64,000 bases of DNA from Synechococcus sp. (GCA_047285535.1 JBJBDC010000001.1:2240136-2304135); one strand, 5' to 3'. Positions 11,017 through 23,487 are shown, counted from the first letter of the stretch. Notes: generated by a model from the sequence alone, not told the origin. Numbers and translations are program-made.

Positions 11017-11095
11017 GCAGATTCGGCTTTCCGCGCTTGTGTTGGGTCCGTGTTACCTATCAACATGTATAGACGTGATTTTGCATCTGGTCAGC

Positions 11096-11821
11096 ATGAG
11101 CGGCGACGCTTCCATCCCGGCTAACGACTCGGCATCGGATGTACCCGAAGCCCAGCAGGACCCCACAATTTCTTTGGAGGAAGAGCCTGCGACCAACGCT
11201 CCGGAAGCGGGGGAAGAACCGGAGTCTTCTCCAATGAACAATGAGGCTCGTTTAGAACAGCTTGAGCGCGAGCACGACACACTTCGCCAAGAACATGAAA
11301 CATTGCGCAGTCAGTACGTGCGGATAGCGGCTGATTTCGATAATTTTCGCAAACGTCAGACTCGGGATCAGGACGACCTGAAGTTGCAGATCACTTGCAG
11401 CACGCTCTCCGAAATTCTGCCCGTGGTTGATAATTTTGAACGCGCTCGCCAGCAACTTGATCCACAGGGTGAAGAAGCTCAGTCGCTTCATCGCAGTTAT
11501 CAAGGTCTTTACAAGCAGCTAGTCGACGTTCTCAAGCAATTGGGTGTGGCCCCTATGCGCGTTGTTGGTCAAGAGTTTGATCCAAGCCTTCATGAAGCTG
11601 TCTTGAGGGAACCGAGTGACGAACATCGAGAGGATGTGGTGGTTGAAGAACTGCAGCGTGGTTATCACCTCAGCGGAAAGGTCTTGCGCCACGCCATGGT
11701 CAAGGTCTCGATGGGACCAGGACCACAGCAGTCAGATGGATCGACCCATGGAGCTGAGGGTGGCGATGATGCAGCGAATCAAGTGGATGAAGCCACGAAT
11801 GCCCCCGAGACGACCGAATGA
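11096..11821 (+). CDS. grpE: Nucleotide exchange factor GrpE
   Basis: [18 protein letters not shown] and [16 protein letters not shown]; upstream of dnaJ. Confidence 0.95.
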   Translation: MSGDASIPANDSASDVPEAQQDPTISLEEEPATNAPEAGEEPESSPMNNEARLEQLEREHDTLRQEHETLRSQYVRIAADFDNFRKRQTRDQDDLKLQITCSTLSEILPVVDNFERARQQLDPQGEEAQSLHRSYQGLYKQLVDVLKQLGVAPMRVVGQEFDPSLHEAVLREPSDEHREDVVVEELQRGYHLSGKVLRHAMVKVSMGPGPQQSDGSTHGAEGGDDAANQVDEATNAPETTE

Positions 11822-11863
11822 TTCAAAACTTTTCCTTAGTGTTCACGGTGGAATGACGAGCTG

Positions 11864-12997
11864 ATGGCCGATTATTACGATCTTCTTGGCGTCAGCAGGG
11901 ATGCAGATGCCGACACTTTGAAGCGTGCTTATAGGCGTTTGGCTCGCCAGTATCACCCTGATATCAATAAAGAAGCTGGCGCAGAAGATCGTTTTAAGGA
12001 AATCGGTCGCGCCTATGAGGTTCTCAGCGATCCTCAGACCCGTGGGCGATATGACCAGTTTGGCGAGGCCGGACTAGGTGGCGGTGGCATGCCCGATATG
12101 GGGGACATGGGTGGCTTTGCAGATTTATTCGAAACTTTTTTCAGTGGTTTCGGTGGTGCTGGTGCTGGTGCCGGTTCAGGTCGCCAACGCAGGCGTGGTC
12201 CTCAACAGGGGGATGACCTCCGCTATGACCTCACGATTGATTTTGAGCAGGCTGTTTTTGGCCAGGAGCGGGAGATTCGCATTCCCCATCTCGAGACCTG
12301 CACCACCTGTGGTGGCAGTGGAGCCAAAAAAGGCAGCGGTCCCACTACCTGCACTACTTGTGGAGGAGTCGGGCAGGTGCGTCGCGCGACCCGCACTCCG
12401 TTCGGAAATTTCACGCAGGTGGCTGAATGCCCCAATTGTGATGGAACTGGCCAGGTCATTGCCGACCCTTGTAGTTCCTGTGGTGGTCAAGGGGTAACGC
12501 AATTACGCAAGAAATTGCGGATCAACATTCCAGCTGGTGTGGATACCGGGACCCGTTTGCGGGTTGCTGGTGAAGGGAATGCTGGTTTGCGTGGTGGTCC
12601 AGCTGGAGATTTGTACGTTTTTCTCACAGTTAAATCACATCCGAGCCTGAAGCGTGATGGCCTCACTGTGCTTTCGGAAGTGAAGGTGAGTTACCTACAA
12701 GCGATCCTCGGCGACACCATTGAAGTTGAGACAGTAGATGGACCTCAGTCTTTGGAGATTCCCGCCGGAACCCAACCGAATGCGGTTTTATCTCTAGAAA
12801 ACAAGGGTATCCCCAAGCTGGGGAATCCAGTCGCTCGCGGTCACCATCGCATTGCTGTCACTGTGACATTGCCGTCGCGTCTCAATGATCAGGAACGCGG
12901 TCTTCTAGAGGAGTTAGCTGGTCATCATTCAGCACGGGGTGAGCAGCACCATCACCATAAAAGTGGTTTGTTTTCCCGTTTATTTGGTCAACGCTGA
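11864..12997 (+). CDS. dnaJ: Chaperone DnaJ
   Basis: J domain HPD, G/F-rich region and four CxxCxGxG repeats. Confidence 0.97.
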   Translation: MADYYDLLGVSRDADADTLKRAYRRLARQYHPDINKEAGAEDRFKEIGRAYEVLSDPQTRGRYDQFGEAGLGGGGMPDMGDMGGFADLFETFFSGFGGAGAGAGSGRQRRRGPQQGDDLRYDLTIDFEQAVFGQEREIRIPHLETCTTCGGSGAKKGSGPTTCTTCGGVGQVRRATRTPFGNFTQVAECPNCDGTGQVIADPCSSCGGQGVTQLRKKLRINIPAGVDTGTRLRVAGEGNAGLRGGPAGDLYVFLTVKSHPSLKRDGLTVLSEVKVSYLQAILGDTIEVETVDGPQSLEIPAGTQPNAVLSLENKGIPKLGNPVARGHHRIAVTVTLPSRLNDQERGLLEELAGHHSARGEQHHHHKSGLFSRLFGQR

Positions 12998-13000
12998 GGG

Positions 13001-13243
13001 ATGAGTGATGCCCAGTTCGATCGCAATCTGGATTTAAGAGGCACCCCCTGTCCAACAAATTTTATTCGGTGTCGTCTGGCTTTAGAAGCTATGAATCCAG
13101 GACAACGTTTTCAAGTTGATCTGGATCGGGGTGAACCTGAGGAGATGGTGATTCCAGGGTTGGCTCGGGATGGCCATGAAGTGGTGGTGGTTCTCGAAGC
13201 TAAGGATTGGGTCCGTCTTCAGGTGGTCCGTGGCGGAGCTTAA
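13001..13243 (+). CDS. TusA/SirA-family sulfur carrier protein
   Basis: LDLRGTPCP motif, 80 aa. Confidence 0.85.
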   Translation: MSDAQFDRNLDLRGTPCPTNFIRCRLALEAMNPGQRFQVDLDRGEPEEMVIPGLARDGHEVVVVLEAKDWVRLQVVRGGA

Positions 13244-14144
13244 TCAGTCGGCTCAGTCCGGCATGGTTGTTGCGCTTCAGGCCAATTATCTGGAGGTGGA
13301 GTTAGATCAGGTTCTCGGGTCGATGCCTTCACGGCTGCTGTGCACTCGTCGAACTCGATTGAGTCATCGCGGGGTGGCTGTTTACGTGGGTGATCGCGTG
13401 TGGGTGGAAGCGATTGATGTCAATAATGCCCGCGCTGTGGTGGTCAGTATCGAATCTCGCACCAGTTTTTTGATACGCCCCCCTGTCGCCAATGCCGTCA
13501 CGGTTGTGGTGGTACTGGCTGTGGATCAGCCAGCTTTTGATCCCGACCAGGCCAGTCGTTTTTTGCTGACAGCAGAACAAACGAGTCTGGCCGTGCAACT
13601 CGTGCTGACAAAATCCGACCTCCTTGAGCCGGTGGCCCTGGAACGCTTGTACCTGCGCCTTCAGGCCTGGGGATATAACCCTTTGATGGTTTCGACGCGT
13701 AGTGGCCTTGGACTCTCTCTGTTGAGACAAACACTCGCTGGATCTTCTCTTTCTGTTCTTTGTGGGCCCTCAGGCGTTGGGAAGAGCTCATTGCTGAATG
13801 CCTTGATTCCAGAACTCGACTTGCGGGTGAACGCCGTTTCAGGGCGGCTGCAGCGTGGACGTCACACAACCCGCCATGTGGAGTTGCATCGCTTGGAGGG
13901 TGACGCTCGAGTTGCCGATACGCCAGGTTTTAACCGGCCTGACTTGCCAAATGACCCTAGGAATCTTGAGGTCTTGTTTCCAGAATTGCGTTCTCAGCTG
14001 GAGCATCATCCCTGCAGGTTTAGGGATTGTTTGCACCGCGATGAACCTGGATGCGGAGTGACTCGTGAATGGGAGAGATACCCGATCTACAGGCGAGCTG
14101 TGGAGGATTTGTTGGGTCTCACCCGCCCATCCCAGGGAGGTTGA
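13230..14144 (+). CDS. rsgA: Ribosome small subunit-dependent GTPase A
   Basis: Circularly permuted GTPase: [22 protein letters not shown] and [15 protein letters not shown] start assumed. Confidence 0.93.
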   Translation: MAELNQSAQSGMVVALQANYLEVELDQVLGSMPSRLLCTRRTRLSHRGVAVYVGDRVWVEAIDVNNARAVVVSIESRTSFLIRPPVANAVTVVVVLAVDQPAFDPDQASRFLLTAEQTSLAVQLVLTKSDLLEPVALERLYLRLQAWGYNPLMVSTRSGLGLSLLRQTLAGSSLSVLCGPSGVGKSSLLNALIPELDLRVNAVSGRLQRGRHTTRHVELHRLEGDARVADTPGFNRPDLPNDPRNLEVLFPELRSQLEHHPCRFRDCLHRDEPGCGVTREWERYPIYRRAVEDLLGLTRPSQGG

Positions 14145-14460
14145 GATTGAGGCCGCCGGTGAGTTCTTCCATTCTTTCTTTCATCGTGGTGGTGGAGCGT
14201 TCGTAAGCTGATTGCAATGCAGCGAATGTGGCGGCTTCTGTTGCCTCCTGTCCTTCACTGATCAGGGATGGATCTAGTTGAACCCGCAGAGGTTGTTGAT
14301 TGCCTGATAACCAAATACTGGCTCGGCCATCCTCACTCTTTCCCTCGATTTCCATGGAATCGAGTTCTTCTTGGAGTTTTTGCGCATCTTGCTGGATTTG
14401 CTGAGCCTTTCGGAAAGCCTCCGTGAGCTGTCCAAAATTGGGAAGTCCAAACCCTGCCAT
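14119..14460 (-). CDS. YbaB/EbfC family nucleoid-associated protein
   Basis: [21 protein letters not shown] pattern, 113 aa. Confidence 0.88.
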   Translation of the reverse strand: MAGFGLPNFGQLTEAFRKAQQIQQDAQKLQEELDSMEIEGKSEDGRASIWLSGNQQPLRVQLDPSLISEGQEATEAATFAALQSAYERSTTTMKERMEELTGGLNLNLPGMGG

Positions 14461-14484
14461 GAAACCAGTGAAGTGACGCGAAGG

Positions 14485-15423
14485 CTAATCGGTCGTTTGG
14501 AAGCCCAGGCGTTTCACTTCAGGATGCAATGTGATGCCATGAACTCGATTCACTTCGTTCCGCACTAGATCGATCAAGTTGCGGATGTCATCGGCAGTGG
14601 CACCGCCAACGTTGACAATGAAATTGGCATGCACTGGAGAGATTTCGGCCCCTCCAATTCGTCGTCCTTTGAGCCCTAAATCTTCGATGAGTCGACCAGC
14701 TTTCTCAGGTTCTGGATTGCGGAATACGCTTCCGCAGCTTGGCCATTGATAAGGCTGGGTGGTGATGCGGTGATTCAGGTTGCCACTGGTTGTCTGTGTC
14801 AAATCCTTGGCATCATGGCCTGGCTCTAATTGGAAATGAGCCGCCATCACCAATCGTTTGCTGCCCTGAAGATCGCTGTGCCGATAGTCGTAGGCAAGAT
14901 CCGAATTGTGAAGGGTTGTTGTGGTCTTCCAAGTCTCGGGTAGAGATAAATCGATCACGTCGACTGAGGCCAAACATTCGGCGGTGCAGCCACCCTGAGC
15001 TCCGGCGTTCATGACTGCGGCTCCACCCACGGTTCCAGGGATGCCAACGGCCCATTCGAGCCCATGTAATCCATTTCTTGCAGCACGTCGGGCGAGAGTT
15101 GGGAGTGGTTCACCTGCCCAAGCCTTCACGAGTCCTGATTCTGCATCCAATTCGCTGCCCTGGAGGCGGCGCATGCATAAGGTGAGGCCCGGGAGTCCAG
15201 CATCAGCAATCAGCAGGTTCGATCCGGCTCCAATGACTCGGGTGGAGAGACCTTCTTGCTGGGCCCATTCAACAAGGCAGAGACACTGTGCCAGATCGTT
15301 TGGCTCTGCCAACCATTGAGCGGGACCGCCCACACGCCAAGTGGTGTAATTCGCGAGGGAAACCTGTTGCTGAAGAACTCCAGACTCAACAAGGGTTTTT
15401 AGGCTGCTATCGCCGATGAACAT
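14485..15423 (-). CDS. murB: UDP-N-acetylmuramate dehydrogenase
   Basis: [41 protein letters not shown] and HANFIVN. Confidence 0.96.
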   Translation of the reverse strand: MFIGDSSLKTLVESGVLQQQVSLANYTTWRVGGPAQWLAEPNDLAQCLCLVEWAQQEGLSTRVIGAGSNLLIADAGLPGLTLCMRRLQGSELDAESGLVKAWAGEPLPTLARRAARNGLHGLEWAVGIPGTVGGAAVMNAGAQGGCTAECLASVDVIDLSLPETWKTTTTLHNSDLAYDYRHSDLQGSKRLVMAAHFQLEPGHDAKDLTQTTSGNLNHRITTQPYQWPSCGSVFRNPEPEKAGRLIEDLGLKGRRIGGAEISPVHANFIVNVGGATADDIRNLIDLVRNEVNRVHGITLHPEVKRLGFQTTD

Positions 15424-16850
15424 GACGCTTCTCCTTCAATTCCCTTCTTTGACAAGCGGTCCCAGAGGCTATTCACATCACCAGCACCCATGGCCAAAAT
15501 TAAGTCACCTGATTGACTGTGATTTTTTACCAGATCTGTGAGTTCTTCCATATTTTGAGCCACAAAGACAGGCCGATTGGGATCAATCTGGTGGATGGTG
15601 CGAGCAAGCAGTTCACTACTGATACCTGGGATGGGTTGTTCCCCTGCGCCATAAACCGGTGCCAGAACAAGTGAGTCGGCAGTCAAGAGTGCTTGGGCAA
15701 AGGCATTGAGAAATTCTTGTGTACGGCTGAACCTGTGTGGTTGGAAAACAGCTAAAAGGCGTTTCGGCGTGCGAGGTAGAGGACTGCGTTGACTCTGCAC
15801 CATCAGCTGGGCCATGGTCAGAGTTGCATTCACTTCGCTGGGGTGATGGGCGTAGTCATCGACGACTTGTCGGCCTTGCCACTCTCCTCGAAAATCGAAG
15901 CGTCGTCCTGGTGAACGCAGTTCAGCAACGGCGGAAAGAAGGTGAACCCATGGAACACCTTCCATTCGGCAAGCAGCCAAAGCTGCCACAACGTTGCTGA
16001 GGTTGTGAAGGCCAGGCAGTGGAATCGTGATTCGACCAACCTTTTGCCCTTTTTCGTAAAGGTCGGCCATGGTGCGATCACCATCGAGGTGTATGGGCAA
16101 AGCGGCGTAATCCACGTCCTCGAAATGGCGGACAGACCAACGGGCATCGGCCTGAAAATGTGCTTTGAGAATGGGATCGTCGTGATTGATAAGCAAGCGT
16201 TTGCAGCCATGGCCAAAGGTCTGCATCGTTTTGATTAAGTCTTCGAGATTGCGGTAATGGTCTGTATGGTCAAGTTCAAGGTTGGTGATGATCCCAAGAC
16301 TGGCTTTGAACTTCACCAGTGATCCATCGGATTCATCCGCCTCTGCGACTAGCAGACGACCAGTGCCGGTATGACCGTTGCTTCCATAACAGGGGACGAC
16401 ACCACCTATGACAGCTGTTGGATCTTCGCCGAGAGTGGCTAAGAGGGTTGTCAGAACTGTGCTCGTAGTGGTTTTCCCATGGCTACCTGCAACAGCTATG
16501 GCTGGTTGATTTTTAATCAACCAAGCCAGAAGGTCGGAACGATGCCAAATCGTTAAGTTCAAGCGCCGCGCTTCGATGAGCTCCGGATTGGTTGCAGGAA
16601 TGGCAGTGCTGACCACTACCAATGGATCCTCGACGCCTCGAGACGCAAGTTTGGTCAGATTGGTGGCTTCCTGACACTCAAAGACGATGAGTGCTTTGTT
16701 TTGGAGGGCCTGCATTGCAGGTGTGAGTTTGCGGTCAGAACCACTCACAGAGTTGCCACGTTCAGCCAATATGAGAGCGAGAGCTGACATTCCTATGCCT
16801 CCCATCCCAATGAAGTGAATGTGCTTCTGGGGGTGGAGCAAATCGGCCAA
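15399..16850 (-). CDS. murC: UDP-N-acetylmuramate--L-alanine ligase
   Basis: [35 protein letters not shown] and FQPHR. Confidence 0.96.
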   Translation of the reverse strand: MADLLHPQKHIHFIGMGGIGMSALALILAERGNSVSGSDRKLTPAMQALQNKALIVFECQEATNLTKLASRGVEDPLVVVSTAIPATNPELIEARRLNLTIWHRSDLLAWLIKNQPAIAVAGSHGKTTTSTVLTTLLATLGEDPTAVIGGVVPCYGSNGHTGTGRLLVAEADESDGSLVKFKASLGIITNLELDHTDHYRNLEDLIKTMQTFGHGCKRLLINHDDPILKAHFQADARWSVRHFEDVDYAALPIHLDGDRTMADLYEKGQKVGRITIPLPGLHNLSNVVAALAACRMEGVPWVHLLSAVAELRSPGRRFDFRGEWQGRQVVDDYAHHPSEVNATLTMAQLMVQSQRSPLPRTPKRLLAVFQPHRFSRTQEFLNAFAQALLTADSLVLAPVYGAGEQPIPGISSELLARTIHQIDPNRPVFVAQNMEELTDLVKNHSQSGDLILAMGAGDVNSLWDRLSKKGIEGEASCSSAIAA

Positions 16851-17013
16851 GACGAGACAACAGAATGAACAACGATAAGTCAGATTTCGTTGTGGTCACC
16901 TGCTTTCACTGAGCCAGAGTTGATTTTGAATTTTTAATAGAGGGAAATTCCCGATAACTTCTGTATGATCGCGGGCCAAAACCTCTACGCGGTTAAACCG
17001 CTTAACTCCTGCC

Positions 17014-18039
17014 ATGACCCTGCGCGTTGCCATCAATGGATTCGGCCGAATTGGTCGCAATGTGTTGCGGGGTTGGATCAGCCGCGGAGCTGACACAGGT
17101 CTGGAAATCGTCGGTATGAACTCCACTTCCGATCCCAAGACCAGTGCTCACCTGTTGACCTATGACTCCATTTTGGGTCGCCTGGATCCATCGGTGGATA
17201 TCAAAACCACCGATGAGTCCATGTTCATCAATGGCAAGGAAATCAAGTTCTTTGCCGATCGCAATCCTCTCAACTGCCCTTGGAAAGATTGGGGTGTTGA
17301 TCTGGTGATCGAATCAACCGGTGTCTTTAATACCGATGAGAAGGCCAGCATGCACATCAAGGCTGGTGCCAAGAAGGTCATCCTCACTGCTCCTGGTAAG
17401 GGCGCTGGTGTCGGAACATTCGTGGTTGGAGTGAATGACGACCAATATCGCCATGAGGATTGGGACATCCTCAGTAACGCCAGCTGCACCACCAATTGCT
17501 TGGCTCCAATTGTCAAAGTTCTAGATCAGAACTTTGGAATGGAATGGGGTTTGATGACCACCATTCATAGCTATACCGGTGACCAGAGAATTCTCGACAA
17601 CAGCCACCGTGATCTCCGCCGCGCACGAGCAGCAGCCTTGAATATGGTTCCTACCACCACCGGGGCAGCCAAGGCTGTTGCGTTGGTGTATCCCGAAGTC
17701 AAAGGCAAGCTCACCGGTTTCGCGATGCGGGTTCCGACTCCAAATGTGTCAGCTGTTGATCTGACTTTTGGAACTTCAAAAGCCCCAAGCGTTGATGATG
17801 TGAAAGCCGTGATGAAGAGTGCTTCTGAGAACGGCATGAAGGGAATCATCAAGTACAGCGATTTGCCGCTCGTCTCGACCGACTACGCCGGTACGAACGA
17901 GTCGACCATCTTTGATGCTGATCTCACTTATGCGATGGGTGATAAGGCAGTGAAAATCCTGGCTTGGTACGACAATGAGTGGGGCTATAGCCAGCGTGTT
18001 GTTGATTTGGCTGAGGTTGTTGCTAAGGGTTGGAAGTGA
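17014..18039 (+). CDS. gap: Type I glyceraldehyde-3-phosphate dehydrogenase (Gap2-like)
   Basis: [21 protein letters not shown] and WYDNEWGYS. Confidence 0.97.
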   Translation: MTLRVAINGFGRIGRNVLRGWISRGADTGLEIVGMNSTSDPKTSAHLLTYDSILGRLDPSVDIKTTDESMFINGKEIKFFADRNPLNCPWKDWGVDLVIESTGVFNTDEKASMHIKAGAKKVILTAPGKGAGVGTFVVGVNDDQYRHEDWDILSNASCTTNCLAPIVKVLDQNFGMEWGLMTTIHSYTGDQRILDNSHRDLRRARAAALNMVPTTTGAAKAVALVYPEVKGKLTGFAMRVPTPNVSAVDLTFGTSKAPSVDDVKAVMKSASENGMKGIIKYSDLPLVSTDYAGTNESTIFDADLTYAMGDKAVKILAWYDNEWGYSQRVVDLAEVVAKGWK

Positions 18040-18069
18040 TCCTTGGTTAGGCGGATGCAATGATTTTTT

Positions 18070-18095
18070 GCCCTCTCGACAGAGAGGGCTTTTTT
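18070..18095 (+). terminator. Intrinsic terminator after gap
   Basis: gccctctc-gaca-gagagggc 8-bp hairpin followed by tttttt, between convergent gap and thiL. Confidence 0.85.
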
Positions 18096-18124
18096 GCTTC
18101 TGTTTTGGCTTTATTCCTCTGCCT

Positions 18125-19117
18125 TCATTGTGTTGGTCTGTGGTAATGAGAGAACCCTGATAGTGGAATCCGAGTTCCGTCGTCTTTCCAGATGATCTTT
18201 CCTTTGTTGGCGGTGATGGCACCGAAGCAGCGACTGCCAGGTTGATGTTGTGTCCAGGTTTCTGCCCATTCAGGTGGAAGACTCAGTACCAGCTCGAAGT
18301 CTTCTCCTCCAGATAGGCACCAGCTGTCCCAAGCGCTTTCGGCTGGCCAGGTTGCTGCGCGAGGGAGGTCATCTCTTCGCAAAGTAGCTCCGCAGCTACT
18401 ACTTCGGCATAGGCCTTCCACTGCAGCAAGCAGCCCATCGCTGCTATCGGTGCCAGCAGCTCTCCAGGGAAGTCCTTTGGGTTTGCAGGCAAGAAGTGTT
18501 TGTAAGGCGTCAAATCTTGGAGATGGTCGCTGGTGGCATCGAATCGCTTGCTCTTTCAGAGTTCTTGGTAGTGGGAGTGACGTGGGTAGCGGTGTTCCTT
18601 GTAGCAGTGCTAATCCGAGGCGGCTCAGTCCATGGGGGCCGCTACTCATCAGCAGATCTCCAGGCCTGGCCGCCGCACGATGCAGTCGCAGTGAGCCGAG
18701 TCGTGCAAAAGCAGTGATCGAAAGGATCCGTTGGCTGCCATTGCTGCAGTCACCGCCGAGGAGAGTGCCACCAAAATTCTCCAGAGCTTCGGTGATGCCT
18801 TGATAAACCTCTTCGACCCAGCACCATGCAGTGTTGCCGGGAGCCACAAGTCCCACCGTGATTCCCTCCACCTGTTCGGAGCCGCTGGCGGCAAGGTCAG
18901 ACAGGTTGGCGACCACAGCACGCCAACCCACATCGGCAGCTGACGTTGTGACATTGCTGAAATGAACACCCTCTACAAAGATGTCGGTGTTCACCAGCAG
19001 TGACCTGGGATCAGGCGGTAGTAAGGCAGTATCATCATTCAGCTGACCTGGAGGTGCAAAGCTGGCCAGACGGTCAATCAGCTCTGCTTCTCCTAAGTCG
19101 TCCAGCGTGATGTTCAC
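18125..19117 (-). CDS. thiL: Thiamine-monophosphate kinase
   Basis: GEAELI, DDTA, EGVHF, NLSDLAA, GGD, DSSDGL and GGEDFEL. Confidence 0.93.
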   Translation of the reverse strand: MNITLDDLGEAELIDRLASFAPPGQLNDDTALLPPDPRSLLVNTDIFVEGVHFSNVTTSAADVGWRAVVANLSDLAASGSEQVEGITVGLVAPGNTAWCWVEEVYQGITEALENFGGTLLGGDCSNGSQRILSITAFARLGSLRLHRAAARPGDLLMSSGPHGLSRLGLALLQGTPLPTSLPLPRTLKEQAIRCHQRPSPRFDALQTLLACKPKGLPWRAAGTDSSDGLLAAVEGLCRSSSCGATLRRDDLPRAATWPAESAWDSWCLSGGEDFELVLSLPPEWAETWTQHQPGSRCFGAITANKGKIIWKDDGTRIPLSGFSHYHRPTQ

Positions 19118-19124
19118 TGCAGCC

Positions 19125-20198
19125 TCATGCGTGATCCTGAAGTCGATCGGCGCCTTCGATCACCTTGATGCGTTTGATGTCGTCATCAACGCCAAGCTCT
19201 TCAAGGACATCGAAGCCATCAATCACGTAGCCGAAGGCAGCGTTACGCCCATCCACGAGGTTCAGGCCAGCAGGTGTGAGTTCTGCTTCATATAAGAACA
19301 GGAAGAATTGCGACGATCCATCGTCGAGGGCTTGGTTTGAATGAGCCCAACCCAGCGTCCCAAGGGTGGAGAACGGAAGGACGGGTGTCGCTTTGAAAAG
19401 ACCAACGTCTTCAAAGGTTTCGTTGTAGAGGGTGTCACTTTCGCCAGGCACGCGAATCTCTAGAGGAACGTGTCGCTCTTGTTTAGTCTTTGGGTCCACG
19501 TAGCCGATGTCAGGACCCTTCGGATCTCCGGTCTGAAGGATGTAGAAATCTTCAGCTCGGGTAAAAGGAAGACCGTCATAGAAGCCCTTCAGGCTGAGAT
19601 CGATGAAAGCTCCCGCTGTCAGCGGGGCGTTGTAGCCGTCCACAACAGCTGTGAGATTGCCCTGCGTTGTTTCAATCACCACGGTGGCCCGTCCAGCTAG
19701 TCGTGGCAGTGCATCGAATTCGGATGGGATATCAGGAAGACGATCGTTGATGAGGAGTGTTTCCAGATCACCAACCCGGTTCAGCGTTTCGCGTCGGATC
19801 TGGATGAATCCAGCTTTGTCGTTGGCCTCAGCCTTTTCTTGTAGTTGGACCAGGTCAGTGCTGACCTGGTCCAGGAGAAGCTCAGCTGTGCTGCGTTGAT
19901 CCTCAGGAGTGGCATCAATGATGGTGTTACTTCTTGTGGCCACCAGCGCTTGGGCACGGCCCACATTGCGTGCCAACGCATTCCAGCGCTTGGCTCGCAG
20001 GTCATTACTGGTGGACTCGAGTCGATGTTGAAGTTCTCTTAGATCCTGTTGATTCATGGGCAATGAATCGCGCAGGATCGCTGCAGGATCTTGTACGGCA
20101 TTGCCTTGGGGCAGGCCTGCCCACGCCGGTTGGGTGAACCAGAGGCCAAAGGCGGCGAGCCAGGCAATAAGCAGAGCTGTCAGACGGCGGTAAGCCAA
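19125..20198 (-). CDS. Cyclophilin-type peptidyl-prolyl isomerase (TLP40/CYP38-like)
   Basis: Signal peptide, helical N-domain, [22 protein letters not shown] and SSQFF. Confidence 0.88.
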   Translation of the reverse strand: MAYRRLTALLIAWLAAFGLWFTQPAWAGLPQGNAVQDPAAILRDSLPMNQQDLRELQHRLESTSNDLRAKRWNALARNVGRAQALVATRSNTIIDATPEDQRSTAELLLDQVSTDLVQLQEKAEANDKAGFIQIRRETLNRVGDLETLLINDRLPDIPSEFDALPRLAGRATVVIETTQGNLTAVVDGYNAPLTAGAFIDLSLKGFYDGLPFTRAEDFYILQTGDPKGPDIGYVDPKTKQERHVPLEIRVPGESDTLYNETFEDVGLFKATPVLPFSTLGTLGWAHSNQALDDGSSQFFLFLYEAELTPAGLNLVDGRNAAFGYVIDGFDVLEELGVDDDIKRIKVIEGADRLQDHA

Positions 20199-20263
20199 GG
20201 AGAACCCTAGGTGCTGTCAGGACTTTGGCACAGCCGTATGATCCACTGAACCGTTCAGCGGGA

Positions 20264-20827
20264 ATGATCTCCAGCAACGACTTTCGCACCGGCACCACGA
20301 TCGAGCTCGACGGTGCTGTCTGGCGCGTAGTTGAGTTTCTGCACGTCAAGCCGGGCAAGGGATCTGCATTCGTGCGTACCAAGCTCAAGGCCGTTCAAAG
20401 CGGAAGTGTTGTGGAGAAAACTTTCCGAGCTGGAGAGATGCTGCAACAGGCTCTGCTGGAAAAGTCGACCCTTCAACACACGTATATGGATGGTGAAGAC
20501 TTTGTCTTTATGGACATGTCCTCCTATGAAGAGACTCGCCTCACGGCCAAGCAGATCGGAGAGAGTCGCAAATATCTCAAAGAGGGTATGGAGGTCAACG
20601 TTGTGACTTGGAACGAGAAGCCTTTGGAGGTCGAGTTGCCCAATTCGGTTGTTCTCGAGATTGCGGAGACCGATCCTGGAGTGAAGGGTGATACTGCCAC
20701 CGGAGGGACCAAGCCTGCGATCTTGGAAACAGGTGCCCAAGTGATGGTTCCCCTGTTTTTATCTATTGGAGAAAAAATAAAGGTTGATACTCGCAATGAC
20801 ACCTATTTGGGACGGGAGAACGGTTAA
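20264..20827 (+). CDS. efp: Elongation factor P
   Basis: MISSNDFR start, [12 protein letters not shown] and PGVKGDTA. Confidence 0.97.
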   Translation: MISSNDFRTGTTIELDGAVWRVVEFLHVKPGKGSAFVRTKLKAVQSGSVVEKTFRAGEMLQQALLEKSTLQHTYMDGEDFVFMDMSSYEETRLTAKQIGESRKYLKEGMEVNVVTWNEKPLEVELPNSVVLEIAETDPGVKGDTATGGTKPAILETGAQVMVPLFLSIGEKIKVDTRNDTYLGRENG

Positions 20828-20829
20828 TC

Positions 20830-21315
20830 ATGCAGCTCGACCACGATCAGCTTCATCGCTTGCTTGCCGCTCTTCGAGAGAGTGATATTCAGGAATTTCG
20901 CCTGGAGGGAGACGATTTCCGTTTGGAAGTACGTCGCAATCTCCCTGTGAACGCAGTTGCTGCACCATTGATGCCAGTCGTTGCGTCTACTCAGCAGGCT
21001 CCTCCTCCTGTTGATGTCCCTGCCGTTGATTCCGCGGCTAGCAGCCCTCCACCGGCTGCAGGATCTCGTTCAGATCTTTTGGAAGTGACTGCACCCATGG
21101 TTGGCACTTTTTACAGAGCTCCAGCCCCAGGTGAACCCTCTTTCGTGGAGATCGGTACGCGTATTGGCGTAGGCCAGACAATCTGCATCCTTGAAGCTAT
21201 GAAGCTGATGAACGAGCTCGAGGCTGAAATAGCTGGAGAGGTGGTTGAAATCTTGGTTGATAACGGCACCCCTGTTGAATTTGGTCAGGTGCTGATGCGG
21301 GTTAAGCCCGGCTGA
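20830..21315 (+). CDS. accB: Acetyl-CoA carboxylase biotin carboxyl carrier protein
   Basis: APMVGTFY and EAMKLMNE biotinylation motif. Confidence 0.96.
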   Translation: MQLDHDQLHRLLAALRESDIQEFRLEGDDFRLEVRRNLPVNAVAAPLMPVVASTQQAPPPVDVPAVDSAASSPPPAAGSRSDLLEVTAPMVGTFYRAPAPGEPSFVEIGTRIGVGQTICILEAMKLMNELEAEIAGEVVEILVDNGTPVEFGQVLMRVKPG

Positions 21316-22330
21316 GGTCCAAGGCGGCTCGAATCGCTGCCACCATGCTTGTTGCTCGAGCCACGCCTTGTCCTGCGATATCGAAACCAGTTCCATGGTC
21401 TGGTGAAGTGCGTAAAAAAGACAGGCCCAGTGTGGTGTTAACAGCTTCGTCAAAAGCCATCAGCTTCATTGGGATCAAGCCTTGGTCGTGATAAAGAGCA
21501 AGGATTCCATCGGGTGATTTCGAGTGCTTTCCCTGCTGCCAGGACTTGGCAGCGTTTAGCCAGCACGTGTCAGGAGGCAAAGGTCCTTTCAGCTGAACGT
21601 GAGGATTGCTGTGCTGCCAAGTTTGGAGTGCGGGGATGAGCCAGTTTTCTTCTTCGGTTCCAAGCCTGCCCTGTTCACCTGCATGGGGATTGAGACCAGC
21701 GACAAAGAGAAGGGGGTTGGGATTGAACTGCAGACAGAATTCGTGCAGCACATCTAACTTGCTGAGTACAAGCTCAGATGTCAGTGTTTTGGGGACCAGT
21801 TGGAGTGGGATATGGGTGGTAGCGAGCAGGGTGTTGAGTCTCCAACCGTGGTTTGGTGAGATGGCTGTGAACAGCATTGAGGCTTGACTCGCACCGTCGA
21901 GTTCCGCCAAGCGTTCTGTTTGGCCCTGATAGAGGTGTCCTGCGGAGTGCCAGGCATGTTTGGCGATTGGTGCTGTGACTAAAGCAAGCTTGTGATGCTC
22001 TTTCACACGTTTGACAGCATGGCTTAGCCAGCGGAAACTGCACGCACCACTTTCAGGGCTCGGCTTTCCGGGAGTGATCTGGTCGTTGATGGGTAGGTCA
22101 TCGATATCCAGATCATTTGGATCAGCGATCAAGGAGCAGTGTTGAGCCTTTAGCCTGAAGTACGTTTGTTCTAGGCTTTTTTTGCATCCTACTAAAAGTG
22201 GCTTCAATCCAATTGGCAGCCGAGTATCCGCAAGCGCTTTCAGAGTTACCTCCATGCCGATTCCAGCAGGATCACCCAAGGCAATGACCAGGCGGTGATT
22301 AGCGTCAGACGAGGGATGAGTCAAAGTCAT
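21302..22330 (-). CDS. pdxA: 4-hydroxythreonine-4-phosphate dehydrogenase
   Basis: GDPAGIGME, TAPIAK, GLNPHAGE, YHDQG and RTSPDHGT. Confidence 0.95.
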   Translation of the reverse strand: MTLTHPSSDANHRLVIALGDPAGIGMEVTLKALADTRLPIGLKPLLVGCKKSLEQTYFRLKAQHCSLIADPNDLDIDDLPINDQITPGKPSPESGACSFRWLSHAVKRVKEHHKLALVTAPIAKHAWHSAGHLYQGQTERLAELDGASQASMLFTAISPNHGWRLNTLLATTHIPLQLVPKTLTSELVLSKLDVLHEFCLQFNPNPLLFVAGLNPHAGEQGRLGTEEENWLIPALQTWQHSNPHVQLKGPLPPDTCWLNAAKSWQQGKHSKSPDGILALYHDQGLIPMKLMAFDEAVNTTLGLSFLRTSPDHGTGFDIAGQGVARATSMVAAIRAALDLSRA

Positions 22331-22523
22331 GCTGCGCTGGTTGCTACTCGGTTTATTGCTTTATGGGTTGGTCACTGCGTTGCGCAAGGGTTGGCTTGAA
22401 GTGCAGTGGCAGCGATTGCTGGATGATGCTGGGTTCACCGTGGTCGATCCGGACAAGCCACTTGAGCTACACGAATTGCCGTTATTCAAGGCTCCATCAG
22501 CTGTTCAGGATTCTTCTCGTTGA
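22329..22523 (+). CDS. Small hypothetical membrane-anchored protein
   Basis: 64-aa ORF with N-terminal hydrophobic helix that fills the gap between pdxA and the SDR gene. Confidence 0.55.
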   Translation: MLRWLLLGLLLYGLVTALRKGWLEVQWQRLLDDAGFTVVDPDKPLELHELPLFKAPSAVQDSSR

Positions 22524-23415
22524 ATCTTTCACTCTGGTAGCAATCCTTGAGCCCGCTTTTAAAATCGGGGTGCAGCAGTGAGTATCCCAGTTCTTCTCGA
22601 AGTCGAACATTGCTCACTTTGCGATTCTCTGCCCAGAAGGAGCGTGCCATCGGGCTCATGTTGGCCTGGGCTTCGCTGAATGGAATTGCCAAGGGAAGGT
22701 CGCATCTCAATAATTCGGCAGCATGGCGATGCACCTCGAGGCTTGAGGCTGGTCTGTTATCGCAGATGTTCACCACTGTTGGTTGTTGTCCGGCAGCGGC
22801 CTTGTGCATGAGATGAAAGCAAGCCCCAGCTACGTCATCAACATGGATTCGGCAAAACATTTGCTTGGGTTTGTCAACAGGTTTTAGTTGACCCGCGTGG
22901 ATGGCTGCCAGAGGGGAGCGTCCAGGTCCATAGATGCCTGGCAAACGAAGGATTTGTACCGGTAGACCGCTGTTGCGCCAAAGCTGCTCACAGTCGAGCC
23001 TCCTCTTGCTGCGGGTTTGAGTGGGTTGTGGTTGGTCGGTTTCATAGACCCAGTCGCCGTTGCTGTTTCCGTAGACCCCTGTTGTGGAGAAATAGCCCAC
23101 CCATTGGAGTGGTAGTTGATGCAGCAGCTCTCCAAGGGAAGACAGGGCTGGATCGGTGCCTTCTTGGGTGGGTGGGATTGTGCTTACCAGATGGGTGATT
23201 GAATCGAGCGCTGTTCGGTTGGGCACGATCCCGCCAGCGCTATCAAAGCGCAGATCTTCGCTTTCAGGGTCCGGTCGCCGGCGTGTACAGATCACCTTGG
23301 TGCCGAGCGCTTTGGATAGCTTGGCGAGATGGCCTCCACTGAATCCAGCGCCAAGAACGCAAAGAGTGGCCTCTCTAGGGAGAGGACGGCAGCGGTTGAC
23401 AAGATCATTCAGCAT
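22486..23415 (-). CDS. Atypical SDR / NAD-dependent epimerase-dehydratase
   Basis: VLGAGFSG, STTGVYG, ILRLPGIYGPGR and RIHVDD. Confidence 0.85.
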   Translation of the reverse strand: MLNDLVNRCRPLPREATLCVLGAGFSGGHLAKLSKALGTKVICTRRRPDPESEDLRFDSAGGIVPNRTALDSITHLVSTIPPTQEGTDPALSSLGELLHQLPLQWVGYFSTTGVYGNSNGDWVYETDQPQPTQTRSKRRLDCEQLWRNSGLPVQILRLPGIYGPGRSPLAAIHAGQLKPVDKPKQMFCRIHVDDVAGACFHLMHKAAAGQQPTVVNICDNRPASSLEVHRHAAELLRCDLPLAIPFSEAQANMSPMARSFWAENRKVSNVRLREELGYSLLHPDFKSGLKDCYQSERFNEKNPEQLMEP

Positions 23416-23487
23416 CAGTACAAATGTATTAGTTGCGTTTTGGTTGTGGCTGCTTCTTCCTTTTCACTCATATCCTCACAGGATTCC

